Source of the DNA: Malacoraja senta
Taxonomy: Eukaryota
DNA length: 64,000 bases
Reading direction: 5' to 3'
Assembly: GCA_038087875.1 (NCBI GenBank)
Contig: CM075985.1
Coordinates: forward strand, 17,360,001-17,424,000
Under the pieces are notes generated by a model. It was not told the DNA's origin. It saw only the letters and a program-made list of their open reading frames with translations, and did no database searches. Shown piece after piece: positions 46,611 through 60,000 of this stretch. The translations under genes were made by a program, and so were the position numbers. Within the stretch, counting starts at the first letter, position 1. Each line of letters opens with the position of its first letter.

Positions 46611-49600
46611 GTAAGAATCCTCCAGGAAGCACGATGCCATAAGATAAAATACATTTTGGTTCTAATAAGCTTGCAAAATTGTAAGACAGCCAAAGCAAAG
46701 TGTTCTCTGGGATTATGTAGTGGGACAGTACTTAATTGAGTATTTCTAAAACCATATATTTAATATTTAAATGTTTAAAAATTAAGAATATTCATCTCGC
46801 TTCTCTTTCAACTTTTCAAGTTGCATATTAACATGTGCACAAATTAGGAGTGGGAGTAATTTTATTACCAGGCCCTCGAACCCACACCACCTTTAAATAA
46901 GATTGCTGGTCTGATCGTAACCTTGCATTCTATTTCCAGTGGTCTTTCACATCCTGCCTGCTTATCAAGAATCTATTTCCCCCTCAAAAATTCAAAGTCT
47001 GCTTCCATCATCTTTTGACAAATAGCATTCCAAGGAGTCAGTGTTCTGAGGAAAACACATTTTGCCCAATCTGTCTCAAATCATTGCTCTTTCCAGATCT
47101 TCCTACACGAGGAAATATTCTTTCCATATCCAGCCTTGCAAGATCCGAAGAAGGGTTTCAACCTGAAACATCACCTATCTGCCATATTTTCCAGAGAAGC
47201 TGCTGAGTTACTTCAGCACTTTGTGTCTTATTCCGTCAAGATCAATTGGTATATTTTACATTTTATTTAAGTCCTCTCGAGCAATTTAACTCCCAGCTAA
47301 TGGAAACATTTCTCATAAGACAACTAGCTCATTCCATGTACTAATCTAGTACGTTTGGCAAGTTCTCCTTGTTGGAGTGTTCTCTTGCTTGTAAGTGTTC
47401 TTCTGCATTGAACTTGGGGAAGCAATCAGTATTCCAACAAGCAAGACCAAAGTAAATAATGCTTTATCTGAATGGAATTTGAATTAAATTATTCCCAGAA
47501 CAGCAGCCGATGTGTTAATTTGTTGGACACTGAGAACTTGACAGCACCTACAGTTGAACTGAGTTAAATTATTTAACACATACTCCAAGAGAACTTGTGT
47601 TGGCAAGAGAAATAACCAATGCCTTTGGCAATACTAATGAAACTTCAGAGGCAAATTCAGTAAAAATGGGAGGTAAAAAGATCTTGATGTTCTCTTTAGC
47701 CCTGCACTGACCTTCCTGTTGTCTTTTTTGTCTCAAAGATTAGGATTTTTTTTCCCATCTCAGGATTTGACTTGTTTATTCTCCTTTGGAAAATCCCACT
47801 CCTACCTTTTGGATCTATTTCTAGGACAGTTACTTCTCACTGCCTTGACTATTCAAAAATTTCAGCCAATCAATGAGGCTTAGGAATTAAGACCCTTTCT
47901 TAATAAGGTCCTGTATATTTAAGGAGGCATTGGACTGCAGACGCCGTAAGCTGGAGCAAACAAATAAAACTGCTGGTGGAATTTGGTGGGTTGAGCAGCA
48001 TCAGTGAAGGTAAAGGGAAAGTCGACATTTCTGATTGCATCAGAACTATAATGCAGTCTTGACCCAAAATGTAAATTATACCTTCTGTCTCCTCAGATGC
48101 CACTTGCCTCATTGAGTTCCTCCAGCAGTTTTCTTTTGCTCCTCTATATCTGATACATCTGAATTTGCCTGTTTCAATGAAACCTTGTAAATCGACTTCA
48201 ATAGTTTCATTGATAACTATGCCTTGCTGGATTCAGTAATTCAACATCTGTTTTGTACCTAGATGAGGATGCACCACTCAAGATACAGTCAGATCAGTGT
48301 TCTTTCATATTTGATCAAACATTTTAATAGTTCTGGTGGTTTATAACTGATTAGAATTTGATTGGGTTTATTAAGAGTCGCATCTACTGGGACTGCTACA
48401 TCTTAGTTATTGCAATCATGGTTACTTTATGATTGTGGTGCAGTATGTTTTTTTTTCCTTTCTCATGTTTGCTTAAGTTGGATTAAGTTGTATCTGAATA
48501 CTGCATCCTTTTTTGATTTTGTAGTTTCTTGCATGGTTTTACCTTTAGGTTGGATTAGTCTTCAGATTTACTTCACATGTTTTTTTAATCCTACATAAGG
48601 CTTTTAAGCAATAAATCTTCCTTTGTTCCAAAAATCACTGCTTACCTCCCTCTGGGTTATGCTATTTAGTTTAGCAGGGTTCCAGGTGTGAACTTTCAGC
48701 AGGATTCTGGCTCGTAAGGCTTTGGTGTGATTGAGTGCAACTTGGAGGCTGTCGCATTCAGTGAGTTGCACTTGCAGAATGGTATAAGCAGCTGGCGAGG
48801 CCTTGTCTTCTAGGCTCATTCCTATAAATGTGACTGTTGCAGATAACAATGTGCTCATGCTAAAAATAATTAAAACATTGAAATTAACTCAAAGTAATTA
48901 AAACATCACATTATATTCATCCAGCAGCTGATTTCTCACATTCACTTGAATAGGGACTATAGAACCCAGGCTTTGAAAATTCCACTCTGTTTCTGTGTTA
49001 GAGTTCAGTGCAGTATGGGCACTTGCAGTCCCTGCTGAGAACTGTGACTTCTACTGTATTCCTGGATAGGTCCAGATCTAAGTGCTGCTGTCCGTGTAGA
49101 TATCTGTGTGTGATGGTTCTGTAGTGATTAGGTCAGAAGTATTTCCCTGTAACTAAGGGAAAACAAAAACATTTTGCTCAATTATGACTCAGTAAGGCCT
49201 AAAGACACCCTCTACCCGAACATAGTTATATCAAGCAAATGTCCTCTTTTCAAATGTTTCAATTTGTATGGCATTTAATGTGGAAAATTCATGGATATTA
49301 CCCTTTAAACTACTATCTTTGCCACATGGACTTAAAGTTTCCAAACATTTCCTAATTTATCCCACTTCAGAGTTTTGTTTCTTCTGCATATCCCCCCTCT
49401 CCCCAAATTAATTTCCCCTCAATAAAACATTGACAATAGGTATTTTTATTATTGCACTCATTTCTAATTTAACCCACTTTCCAAATTGAAACTCTAGTTT
49501 GTAAGATTATAAGTATGCTGCACAGTTTAATGCCTTTAATTATTGTAATCTAACATTGTTTTTCATAATTTAAATCCAGCTCCACTAAAAGTACTTTTGT

Positions 49601-50043
49601 ATTATGCACGGTTCCTTGTGTCTCCTTTATATTATACTTGTTTTAACATTTTACATCTTCAACCCTTTTATTTCCTTCTCAGCTTCCATTTCTGTAATCA
49701 TAGTTCATTGTGGGTTTCCCCATTTTAATTGGCATGTTGATCAATGTTGATGACTGCATTTTTTATTCACACAGTTGTCTTGGGTATCTAACTGCATAAC
49801 CTTTTCCAGCACAGAAGTGAACTTCCCTTTACTTTATTTTGGTATTCTTAAATATCTTCATTTTGTGTTGTCATTATAAATTCATTTGATTTTGCTCTGA
49901 CATTAATGTTTTAAAAATTGTTTGTTTGTGGTATAGCCTTCTTTTGTAGAATAATGGAAACATTATTCCATTTCCATCATGGAAATGTGATGAGTTGATG
50001 CAATATTTGATGGGCTTTATTCTGTTTTTTGCAGTCACCCAAA

Positions 50044-51072
50044 ATGAATCACTCGCTGGAGAATTCGATTCCCTATGAAGAATATTTAAGAATGAAAGCA
50101 CGGACAATACCACAGCATCGTATGAAAGAATTTTTGGATTCTGTGAATGGGAAGGGATCTGAAGAAGTTCAGCAATTTGTTCAAACTCCTGTTACAATGT
50201 ACCAACAAAGAGGACACTACATATACATGGACAGTGCTGATGTTGCTGGATCATTGCTTGAATTATCAAGACCTATAAGTTCTCCAGTTCAGCAACATAC
50301 AGCCCAGGGATCGCCAATAGGACAACAACAGATGCAGTCTCACCCTGTACAGGCGCAACAATCACACCAGCTGGAAATTCAAACGGATCACCAGACCCTG
50401 CAAGCAAAGCAGATGCAAGCTCAGTTGCAATCGCAAACATCTGAGGAGTCACAATCTGGCAATAGGGTAATCAGCTCCTTGGCACAAGAAAGAAGGCCTA
50501 GCTCTTCAGGTGTTCCACAGCCTGTGAAGAAAAGGAAAGTTGATTTGCCAGTTGAAGAAAGCTACACCATGAATCATTCTTTAATGCAAAATGCAGTAAC
50601 GACTGTGCTTACTTTACCATCTCAGGTCCAGCAGCAAGGTTACATTCCTGTTCGCCAGGAACTGCTTACAGTGGACAGTAGTCAGTTATATAGCGTTGTT
50701 CCAGCTACCACCTCGACATCTGGCCCATTATCCAATGCTGAATCGTGGACTATATATACAACCCCCACATCGTGCTCTGAAGGTCAAACTGTACTCCATA
50801 CCACAATTCCTCCTGATGGATGTAACATGGTCCAAATTGATGAAATTCCAATGAACGTGACTGGAATCAAAATAGAAGAGGACAAAGACAGGACTCTTGC
50901 TCTGTCAGATGCAGGGAAAACCCAACAGGATAAAATGATGCATTCATCTGCGACAGCTGCATTCTCAACACAGTTTGTGAATGTAAATGGAAATCTTCAC
51001 ATACCTGTTACGATACAGGCTGGTGGGAGAGCTTATCAATCTCTGAAATACTGGGATCCACAGCAAGCACAG
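50044..51072 (+). CDS. QRICH1: QRICH1 coding exon 1 (acceptor before 50035, ATG 50044)
   Basis: tttttgcag|TCACCCAAAATG ... GCACAG|gtattc; 1029 nt, phase 0. Confidence 0.92.
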
Positions 51073-54000
51073 GTATTCCTTTAAACTGTTGCCTTTTATG
51101 TATATATGATTAACAAGGGAACTAAATACAAATGTAAGTATTCCTAAATGGTTCTGCAACAGATTTAGGTAAAATGTACATATCATTTGTTGCGGTTTAG
51201 CATTTGGGCAGTGTAATGGGTCAATGCGGTTTAGCATTTGGGCAGTGTAATGAGTCTGTGGAATTCTCTGCCTCAGAGGGCGGTGGAGGCAGGTTCTCTG
51301 GATGCTTTCGAGAGAGAGCTAGATAGGGCTCTTAAAGATAGCGGAGTCAGGGGATATGGGGAGAAGGCAGGAATGGGGTACTGATTGGGGATGATCAGCC
51401 ATGATCACATTGAATGGCGGTGCTGGCTCGAAGGGCCGAATGGCCTACTCCTGCACCTATTGTCTATTGTCTATAAATCTATGAAAGCTGGTGAAACATC
51501 ACCTTTATTGTAAATTATATGAAGATTTCAACTATTTTTGTCATGAAGTGTAAATATAGGGAATTTCAACACTTTTCATTTGAAAAGGGGAAAAAATCTG
51601 CCAGTTGGATTATATAGCTAAAGAGGCCATTGATAACCAACAATAGAATGATTATCTGAAATTCAAAACCAATTGAACTTTCACATCAAGGTGTCACATC
51701 ACATAGCGATGCAATCAATGATAAACGTGCAGGAATGGGCTTAGTGGTTCAGCCACTGATAATCAGTATTTTCATTGAATTTGTTCCTTTCAGCAATTTA
51801 TTCCTTTACTCCATCATCCAAACCAAAAGTTTCATTGCAAGTTTTGGAAGCAAGTTTCACTTTTCTACAGTTCTTTGCGTAAATATCTGGCCCTGACTTC
51901 CAAATGGTCTCGTTCTTTATGATCCTCTGGGATTTCCCTCAATAGGGAATAGTTATTTATATAATAAATTAGTGAATTATTTATCAGTTTAAGCATCTCT
52001 GGAAGATCAATCCTCAGTCTTCATAACTTGAGGAAACCCGAGGAGAATTAACTCATCAACATTTAATCCTTTAAAAACTGGTGGAGTTCTGGTTAATTCT
52101 CGCAATTTATTTTCCAATGTATATTGCTGAAATTCGGTGTTCAAAACTGAATTCAGTAAATCAGCTGAAGCTTGAGCAAATGAAGCATTATTTCAAGGCA
52201 GCTAGCAGCAAAGAATCAAAGGTTGACATTTTGTTGGTCTTCCTTTTTTTAAAGCACATGAACCAACCTTTATTGATTGTGCATATGGGCACTTGAGCAC
52301 TCCTCCTTAGCATCAGAAAGTATTCTGGTTCGGGAGGAGGAGGGGGGGAAGGGGAAGGAGGGGGGTGGGGGAATAAAGTAATGTTAAAACAAAAAAAAGC
52401 TAAGTATGGTCAGTTCTCTCCTACAAAATCCATATGGATTGAGATAAGTATTCAATCTGACCTGAAACATTGACTGTCCATTTCCCTCCCCTGCTGAGTT
52501 CCTCCAACAGTTTGTGCTTTTATTTGAAATAAATATCAGCTGATCAACCTAAATTAAATTAAATTCCAAGAGACTTCCAATAAACCAACATATAAAAGAT
52601 GAGTGAATGTCAGAGCACTTGAAGTTGGGACCCATAGCTGAATAGATTGCTAACTGGCTTTGAGTAAGGTGTTGTTGTAAGGGTAAACTCTGCAAAGTGT
52701 AGAAGGTAGATGGTATGGTCCCACAAGGAAGAAACTGGGACTGTTACTCATAATTTGCCCTTAAAGTTAAGCGTTGGCATCAAAAACACACATAGTGGGG
52801 CGAGAGGAGATGGTCAGTGTTGAGGAGAACTGGAAAAAGATTACATTAATAAATTTGTAGAATGGATACTATTGGTAAATTAACTTTTATACAGGCATAC
52901 ACGTGACAATAAAGGAAAATAGTTGACAAATAAGATTGCAAGGTGTGCAGAGGGACAAATGAATCTTGGAGGAATCTCAAATAAAAGGAAAAAAAGGCAC
53001 TTGATATTTAGGCGTTTTAGCAATATAGTAGAGTATATTTCCAGATGAATTGAGTTCAAATGTAGAAAAGTGATGCTAAACGTGTTGAATATTGGCTAAA
53101 TTCTGCTGGAGTTAGTATACAGTTCTAGTACTGATTCTTTATAAAGTAGTATATGCTCAGTGCCCATTCTTATGAACCTGCACTTTTGTTTGTTTCTTGT
53201 TGTAGACTCAAGCATTGCATCCCCAATCGACGGAACAACAAATTGAAGTGCAGGCTGATTTAATGCTGTCTGATACTCTAAAGCCAGAGGAAGGAGCCAC
53301 TGTCTGGCAGAACTGGGCTCAAATAAAGAATGCAGAAATAATGAAAGAAGCTGAAAGTAAACCACCTTTGCCAGGAAGTAATGATTTACTTTGTATCTTA
53401 AAAATTTGTCTTAAAGGATTGCAATAGCTTAATCTGTTTTGCCAAATTCTTAACGATAATTAAGTATTAGATTTTTCCAGTTAAGGGTATTAGGATTTGG
53501 TGTCAGAGCTTGCATGCATGTTAGGACAAATTGTAAGGCCATTTTGTGAATCAAAAATAAACCAAGAGTATTACAATGTTAAATGGGAAATTTTATATTG
53601 GAGCAAGAAATTTATCTGGTAGTAAAATTCTTGGCTTCAGTTTTTTTAAAGATTGATTTAGAAATTAATAAAAATGTTGAATTATAGTAATTCAATATTT
53701 AAAATAACCATTTTAAAGCCTCATAATCCAAAAATCTGCCAGTGTCTTGCTCATCTGCTTTTGCTGTGGTTTAGCATTTGAACAGTGTAATGGGTCAAAT
53801 CTATAAAAGCTGGTGAAACAATACCATTATTGTGAATGATCTGAAGATTTCAAATATTTTTGTCATTAAATGTAAATCTGTCCCTAATTATGCAACAGCA
53901 ATTCAGGAGAAAGGTTAATTTCAAGAGAGCTATTTTAATTCCAAAATACGATTTATTATTTCTTTAGATTACGATTGCCCTTTATGAATTTGAAATCAAC

Positions 54001-57000
54001 ATATTAGAGAGATGTATATTGTGAGTATTTTACCCTAGAGCTTGCAGTTGAGACTTTTTAGGCAGAAGTGGAAGCAAAGTGGAAGTCTTCCGCTGGATTA
54101 ATGGTACTATTGATTTTCTTTGCATCATAATTTGTGACTTTCAGCCAGCATCCTGAGTTGTTGGTACGAATTAAGCTATCTTTTAAAAATGTGAGAACTA
54201 TACAAAAATGATATAGACAATTTGTTTTAAATGACATTTGTAAAATCTAAAGAATCAATGAGTTAAAATATTTTCAACTTGTACACTTGGACCAAGAGAA
54301 TTTGGCAAAATTGTAATATCCCTTTTTCTGATCCAGTCTGTTAACACATTGAAGGCTCAAAACTTGTTCAGGGGACATTCATGTTACGGGAGTAGGGTGG
54401 GGTCACTTTGCTAGAAAATGTCTGTATCGTGATTTTTGCATTATGTGAAGCCACCATCTCTGCATGCTTTAAGAAATGAGTATTGAAAACTATATTTTTT
54501 ATTTTCACAAATTCTGAGAGAATTTTATTCTATAGAATTGTTGGTAGTGGTGTGTGAATTATATAAGGGCTTATTTCTGTTTCCTGATTGGATGTAACTG
54601 GGGGGTTGCCTGTTATTAGATACACAAATGTGAACAATTGTGTTTGAATGAAATAAACTGTTTTAATGGTTTTAATAGCGTTTCTTTCCGTTTGCACGTT
54701 AGGACGCCAGCCAATGAAATTCAGAGAAGATGCACTTTGTGCAACATTAGTAGAACTCAATTATGGACTTTGTTTAATGACCAAAGAAGCAAGAGATTCA
54801 GATGGTGCTCCCTATGAAGCAGATTTGCTGTATTATTTCTTTCTTTGTATTCAAAAGGTAGTCTTTGTATTTGTTTCCCTGTTGGATTGGTGGGGAACTA
54901 GTGGTTGAAAAATATGCTTGTAATATTTCTTTTAAAATGTTTATTGTCTTGAATTTAATTTCTATTTGAGCAAAAAGGTTTTCTGTGTGTAAACATCAGT
55001 TATTTATTTTACAGCATATGTTTGAAAATGGAAGAATAGATAATATTTTTGCAGATCTCTACTATTCTAAATTTACTGAAAGATTGCATGAAGTCCTTAA
55101 AGAATGGCATCCTAAAATAAGTCTTCTTGGTAAGTGGTAATTTGGCTGTTTCCATAATGATGCAGTTTAAATTGTTTTATGGGATTGTATGCAAGTTGTT
55201 AGTATAGTTAGCTGTCTAGTGTAAATCTATAATTTTAAGATTATCAGTATTAAACTGGAGATCTGAATTGGTTGTTTTGTTCACAATGTTGAATTTGGCA
55301 TTTTTATGATAATGGTGGATGAGAAATCAGCAAATTTCCTGAAACCTAGGAACCATTTCTTAATGTCTTATTTTATTTTTTTTGTCCAACCAAACACATC
55401 AGGATGTTCTCCCTCTGTGTCATTATTGAGCAATTCCTTCACCTCGATAATTTTAACGACTATTTTAAATTCACCCTTGTCTTGCTGCTCTGATCTCATG
55501 TATTCGGTGCTCAACCTCTCCCTCCCTTGTTATTCTCCTGACTGAGCAGCCATCCCAATGATTTATGGAAGTCCTTTGGTCCTGTTTTTTTAATCATTTT
55601 CATCAGTCAAACTACTCTTTTCCCCAGACTCTTTTGTTTAAAGGGCCTGTCCCACTCTGCGGTTTTTTTTTCCGGCGACTGCGAAGGTCAGTGACTGACG
55701 CCCGTAAAACCGTCAAGTTGTACGACATACACGCTGACGTACGCTGTCCTGCAGTTGACACCCGGTTAGGGTCAGGGTTACGGTTAGGGTTACGGCTAGG
55801 GTTAGAGTTAGGGTTAGGTACCACAGATGGGCTGTAAAATATTCTTCCTTCAATGCAATACAATAAAATCAATTGTGCAAATGAACAGATGTCTGAGTCA
55901 TTCAGTTTTATTTACAGATGTATTGGTCCGTTTCCAGATCCAATCACCGTCTCTAACTTTTCACAGGGATGGATTCAGTGAGTGTAGACGGAACTCCCCT
56001 CCACCCCCTCCTCCCTCCCTCCCACCCCCATCCCTCCTTCTCCACCCCCCTACCCTTCTCCCCTCCCCCCTTCTTCCCTTCCCCCCTCTTCCTCCCTTCT
56101 CCCCACTCCACTCTTCTCCCCCTTTTCCACTCCCCCACTACTCCCCTCACACCCCCTTCTCCCCCTCTCCCTCCCTTCTCCCATTATCCAACCCCCCCCA
56201 CTTTCCCTGACGCCCCATATTTGTGGTCGCAACCTGCGACCAGCGATCCCCCGCACACTATCCCACACACGCTAGGGACAATTTATACAAACCTGTGCGC
56301 CTTTGGAGTGTGAGAGGGAACCCTGGCCCTAGCCCTAACCCGAACTCTAGGTTGATAGGCTTGGTATAAGTATAAATTGTCCCTAACGTGTGTGGGATCG
56401 TGTGCGGGGGATCGCTGATCGGTGTGGACTCGGTGGGCCGAAGAGCACTGTATCTCTGAACTAAATGTGTCACAGGGGCCCCAGGGGTTGGACTCGAACC
56501 CCCAATGTTCTGCCTGATCATGGGAACTAAACTGTTGTCTCAGTTGTCCCAGAGGCAGATCTCTCTCCCAATGGTCTCTCCAAATCCCCAGAGACAGTGG
56601 GCTTTTCAACTTGGTACAGGCTATGTTGTCAATGTACCAGTGCCACCCACCTGCTCCGTCCACTGAGTCTAAATACCCACCACCCATTTTGAAGCGTGGG
56701 GGGGGGGGGGGGGGGTGGTGGAAGTGTTGTTCCCAAAGTCTGCATTTATCCCATAGTCAATGTTACTAAAGCAGATGATGTGGCCTTTGTGCAGTACTAT
56801 TAGTGGGACCTAGCTGTCACAGGCTGGGTCCACAAATGGGGGGCGTCGAGGAAAGTGGGGTATTGGAGAATGGGAAAAGGGAGGGAGAAGGGGATGTGAG
56901 GAGAGGGGGGAGTGGAGAAGGGAGGAAGGGGGGGAGGGGAGATGAGAAGGGTAGGGGGGGGGAGTGGAGAAGGAGGGATGGGGGCGTGAGGGGGGGAAAA

Positions 57001-60000
57001 GGGGGGTAGAGGGGAGTTCAGTCTACACTCACTGAATCCATCCCTGTGAAAAGTTAGAGACTGATTGGATCTGGAAGTGGACCAATACATCTGTAAATAA
57101 AACTGAACGACTCAGACATCTTTTCATTTGCACAATTGATTTTATTGTATTAATTTTAATATAGTAATGTTTAAAATCCATGCATTGAAGGGAGAATATT
57201 GTACTGCCCATCTGTGGTCCCTAACCCTAATCGGGCATCACCCGCAGGACAGCATACGTCAGCGTGTGACAGGGCGCACGACATGATGAGACACCCAGAT
57301 GTCACCCCTGGATTTTGAACATTCCAAAATCCAGGGGCGACAGGGAGACACCGCGCGTCACCACGCGTCACGCCACGTCACGTCCCGACCATGACGCGAC
57401 AATCTCTTTTCAGGCTGTCGCCGAAATTGTCGCCCAAATGGGACAGGCCCCTTAGACTGAAGAAACGTTCTTTCCACAAGTCTCTTGTAACTACACTTTA
57501 AAATTCCTGTCATTAATATTAGGATTGACCAAAGTCAGTGTGAATTGATGAAAGGAAAATTGGGGTTGACTAATCTTCTGGAAGCGAGGATGAGACGGGT
57601 AGAATAATTAATGGGGAACCAGTGGATAAAGTGTATTTAATATTTTGCAAGGTGTTTGGTAAGATACTGCATAGGGGTTGATCAGCGACATTGGAGACAG
57701 TGTATTTGGGATTAAAAAAAGAAATGGATTAAAAGTTATTAGGATTTAATGGGTCATTCTTGGGTTGGCAGCAATAACTACTGATGTTACCAGCTGGGTT
57801 CAGTGACTAGACCCAGCATTTTGCAATCTATCAATGATTTGGCTGAAGAGACCAAATGCCATATTTTCATATTTGTTCTGATACTAAACAAGGTCAAATT
57901 GTGAGTTCAAAGGATGTAAAGATGGTTCAAGAGGATGTGGATGAATTGAGTAAGTGGGTGAGACCTTGGCAGATGGAATATAATTTGGAAGCGGCGTTTT
58001 TTTCACTTTGGGCATTACCAATACAATTATTATTTATTAAATGGTGGGAGATTGGGTTGTGTTGTACGCAAGTGATTAAAAGCCAATGTGCTGGTACAGC
58101 AAGTAATTGCAATGTATACTTGAGGTATAACCCAAAATTATTCTTTATTTGGCTATCTTCAAAGATAGCTTGATGTGATGTATTTATTGGTGTACTGTAC
58201 CATTGCTCAAGAGCTTGTCCTAACAGTTTGTTTCCAAATCTTATGTATCTTAAGATCTTTTATTCCTATTACTCCATTGTGTATAGGATTAGTATGTGAA
58301 ATCCACATTGTTTATTGTATTGTTAAAGTTTATATATTTAAATAGTTTATTTTTGCAAGGCAGCTTTAAAAAAAAATAATTACATTCTTTTGATAGGTTA
58401 TGTCATTCCTAGTCGTATTACCGAGGAGATGCTATGGGACTGTAAGCAACTGGGAGCACATTCTCCAGCTACTCTTTTGTACACGTTGATGTATTTCAAT
58501 ACCAAGTATGATTTTGCTTTTTCATTATTTGTTTATAAATTCCAATTTGAGAAATAATTCTGTGCTGTGTACTTGAAAGATTTAATCTACTGTAGAAATT
58601 GTGTTCCTATTTTTTTCAAATTGCGGCTTACAAATGACATTATCTTCTGTTTAAGCAAGACTGTTATGGTAACTTATTTCTTCAATTTGGTATACTTTTT
58701 TTGTTGCAACAAACAATATTGAAAGGGGCAAGGTTTTTGCTTCAGTGCATTCTGCACTATAACAGTGAAATGTTTTTACAGGTATTTTATGCTGAAAACA
58801 GTAGAACAACACTCCAAATTAGCTTTCTCAAAAGTATTAAAGCAGATGAAGAAGAATCCTGGCAATTCAAAGGATAAGTGTTCCAGTATCCGATATCTAC
58901 GATTATATGGGCAACATCAAGCTGGACAGAAAGGTGGTGTGCACTTTCTTTAAAAAAAAATGTTATTACAATTTTTGTGACCAATAAATGATTGTGACCA
59001 GACACACACACTGGAATCTGAGGCAAAAAACAAAATGTCTGAGGAACTCAGCAGGTCAGACAGCATATGCGTGAAAAAGGGTCCTGACCCAAAATGTCAT
59101 CTATCCATTTCTCTCCACAGATACTACCTGACCTGTTGAGTTCCTCCAGCATTTTGATTTTTGCTCGTGATTGACTTGATGGCTAAATTGCAATAGATAA
59201 ATGTGGAGATACAATATGCAAATTGCTAATATTGTGTTTTATGCATATAGGAAATGTTTCATTGAGCAAATGTTTCTACTGTGACCTTTGTCTTTATCTA
59301 CTTTCCTTTGTCAGATAAGCTTAGAGTATTTGATTGAAGCAGTATAGAAAAGTGCTCAATGCCCCTTTTTCACTACTAGAAGTTAATTTGAAGCCTACGC
59401 TGTTATTACTTGCTACAGATATGTAAATGTTGCTAAGTTGATTTACATTTAGTCATTTACAAGCAGATGTTACTATTACAGCATTCCTGTTACTTCAGAT
59501 TTATTATTACATTTTGACTCTATTTTGAGTACTCGTTTCACAAACTGGTGAATTCAGTGATTTAATCATTCCTGTTGCTCGTGATAAAACTCTTTAACTG
59601 CAGTATTTTGTGACATTATAACAATCTCCTGTCTGCCCTGTTGGAAACTTCAAGGTGTTTACAATACAGTGGCTTGCAAAAGTATTCATACCCCTTGAAC
59701 TTTTCCACATTTTGTCACGTTACAACCACAAACGTAAATGTATTTTATTGGGATTTTATGTGATAGACCAACACAAAGTGGCGCATAATTGTGAAGTGGA
59801 AGGAAAATGATACATGGTTTTCAAATTTTTTTACAAATAAAAAACTGAAAAGTGTGGCGTATTCAGCCCCCCTGAGTCAATACTTTGTAGAACCACCTTT
59901 CGCTGCAATTACAGCTGCAAGTCTTTTGGGGTATGTCTACGAGCTTTGCACATCTAGAAACTGAAATTTTTGCCAATTCTTCTTTGCAAAATAGCTCAAG

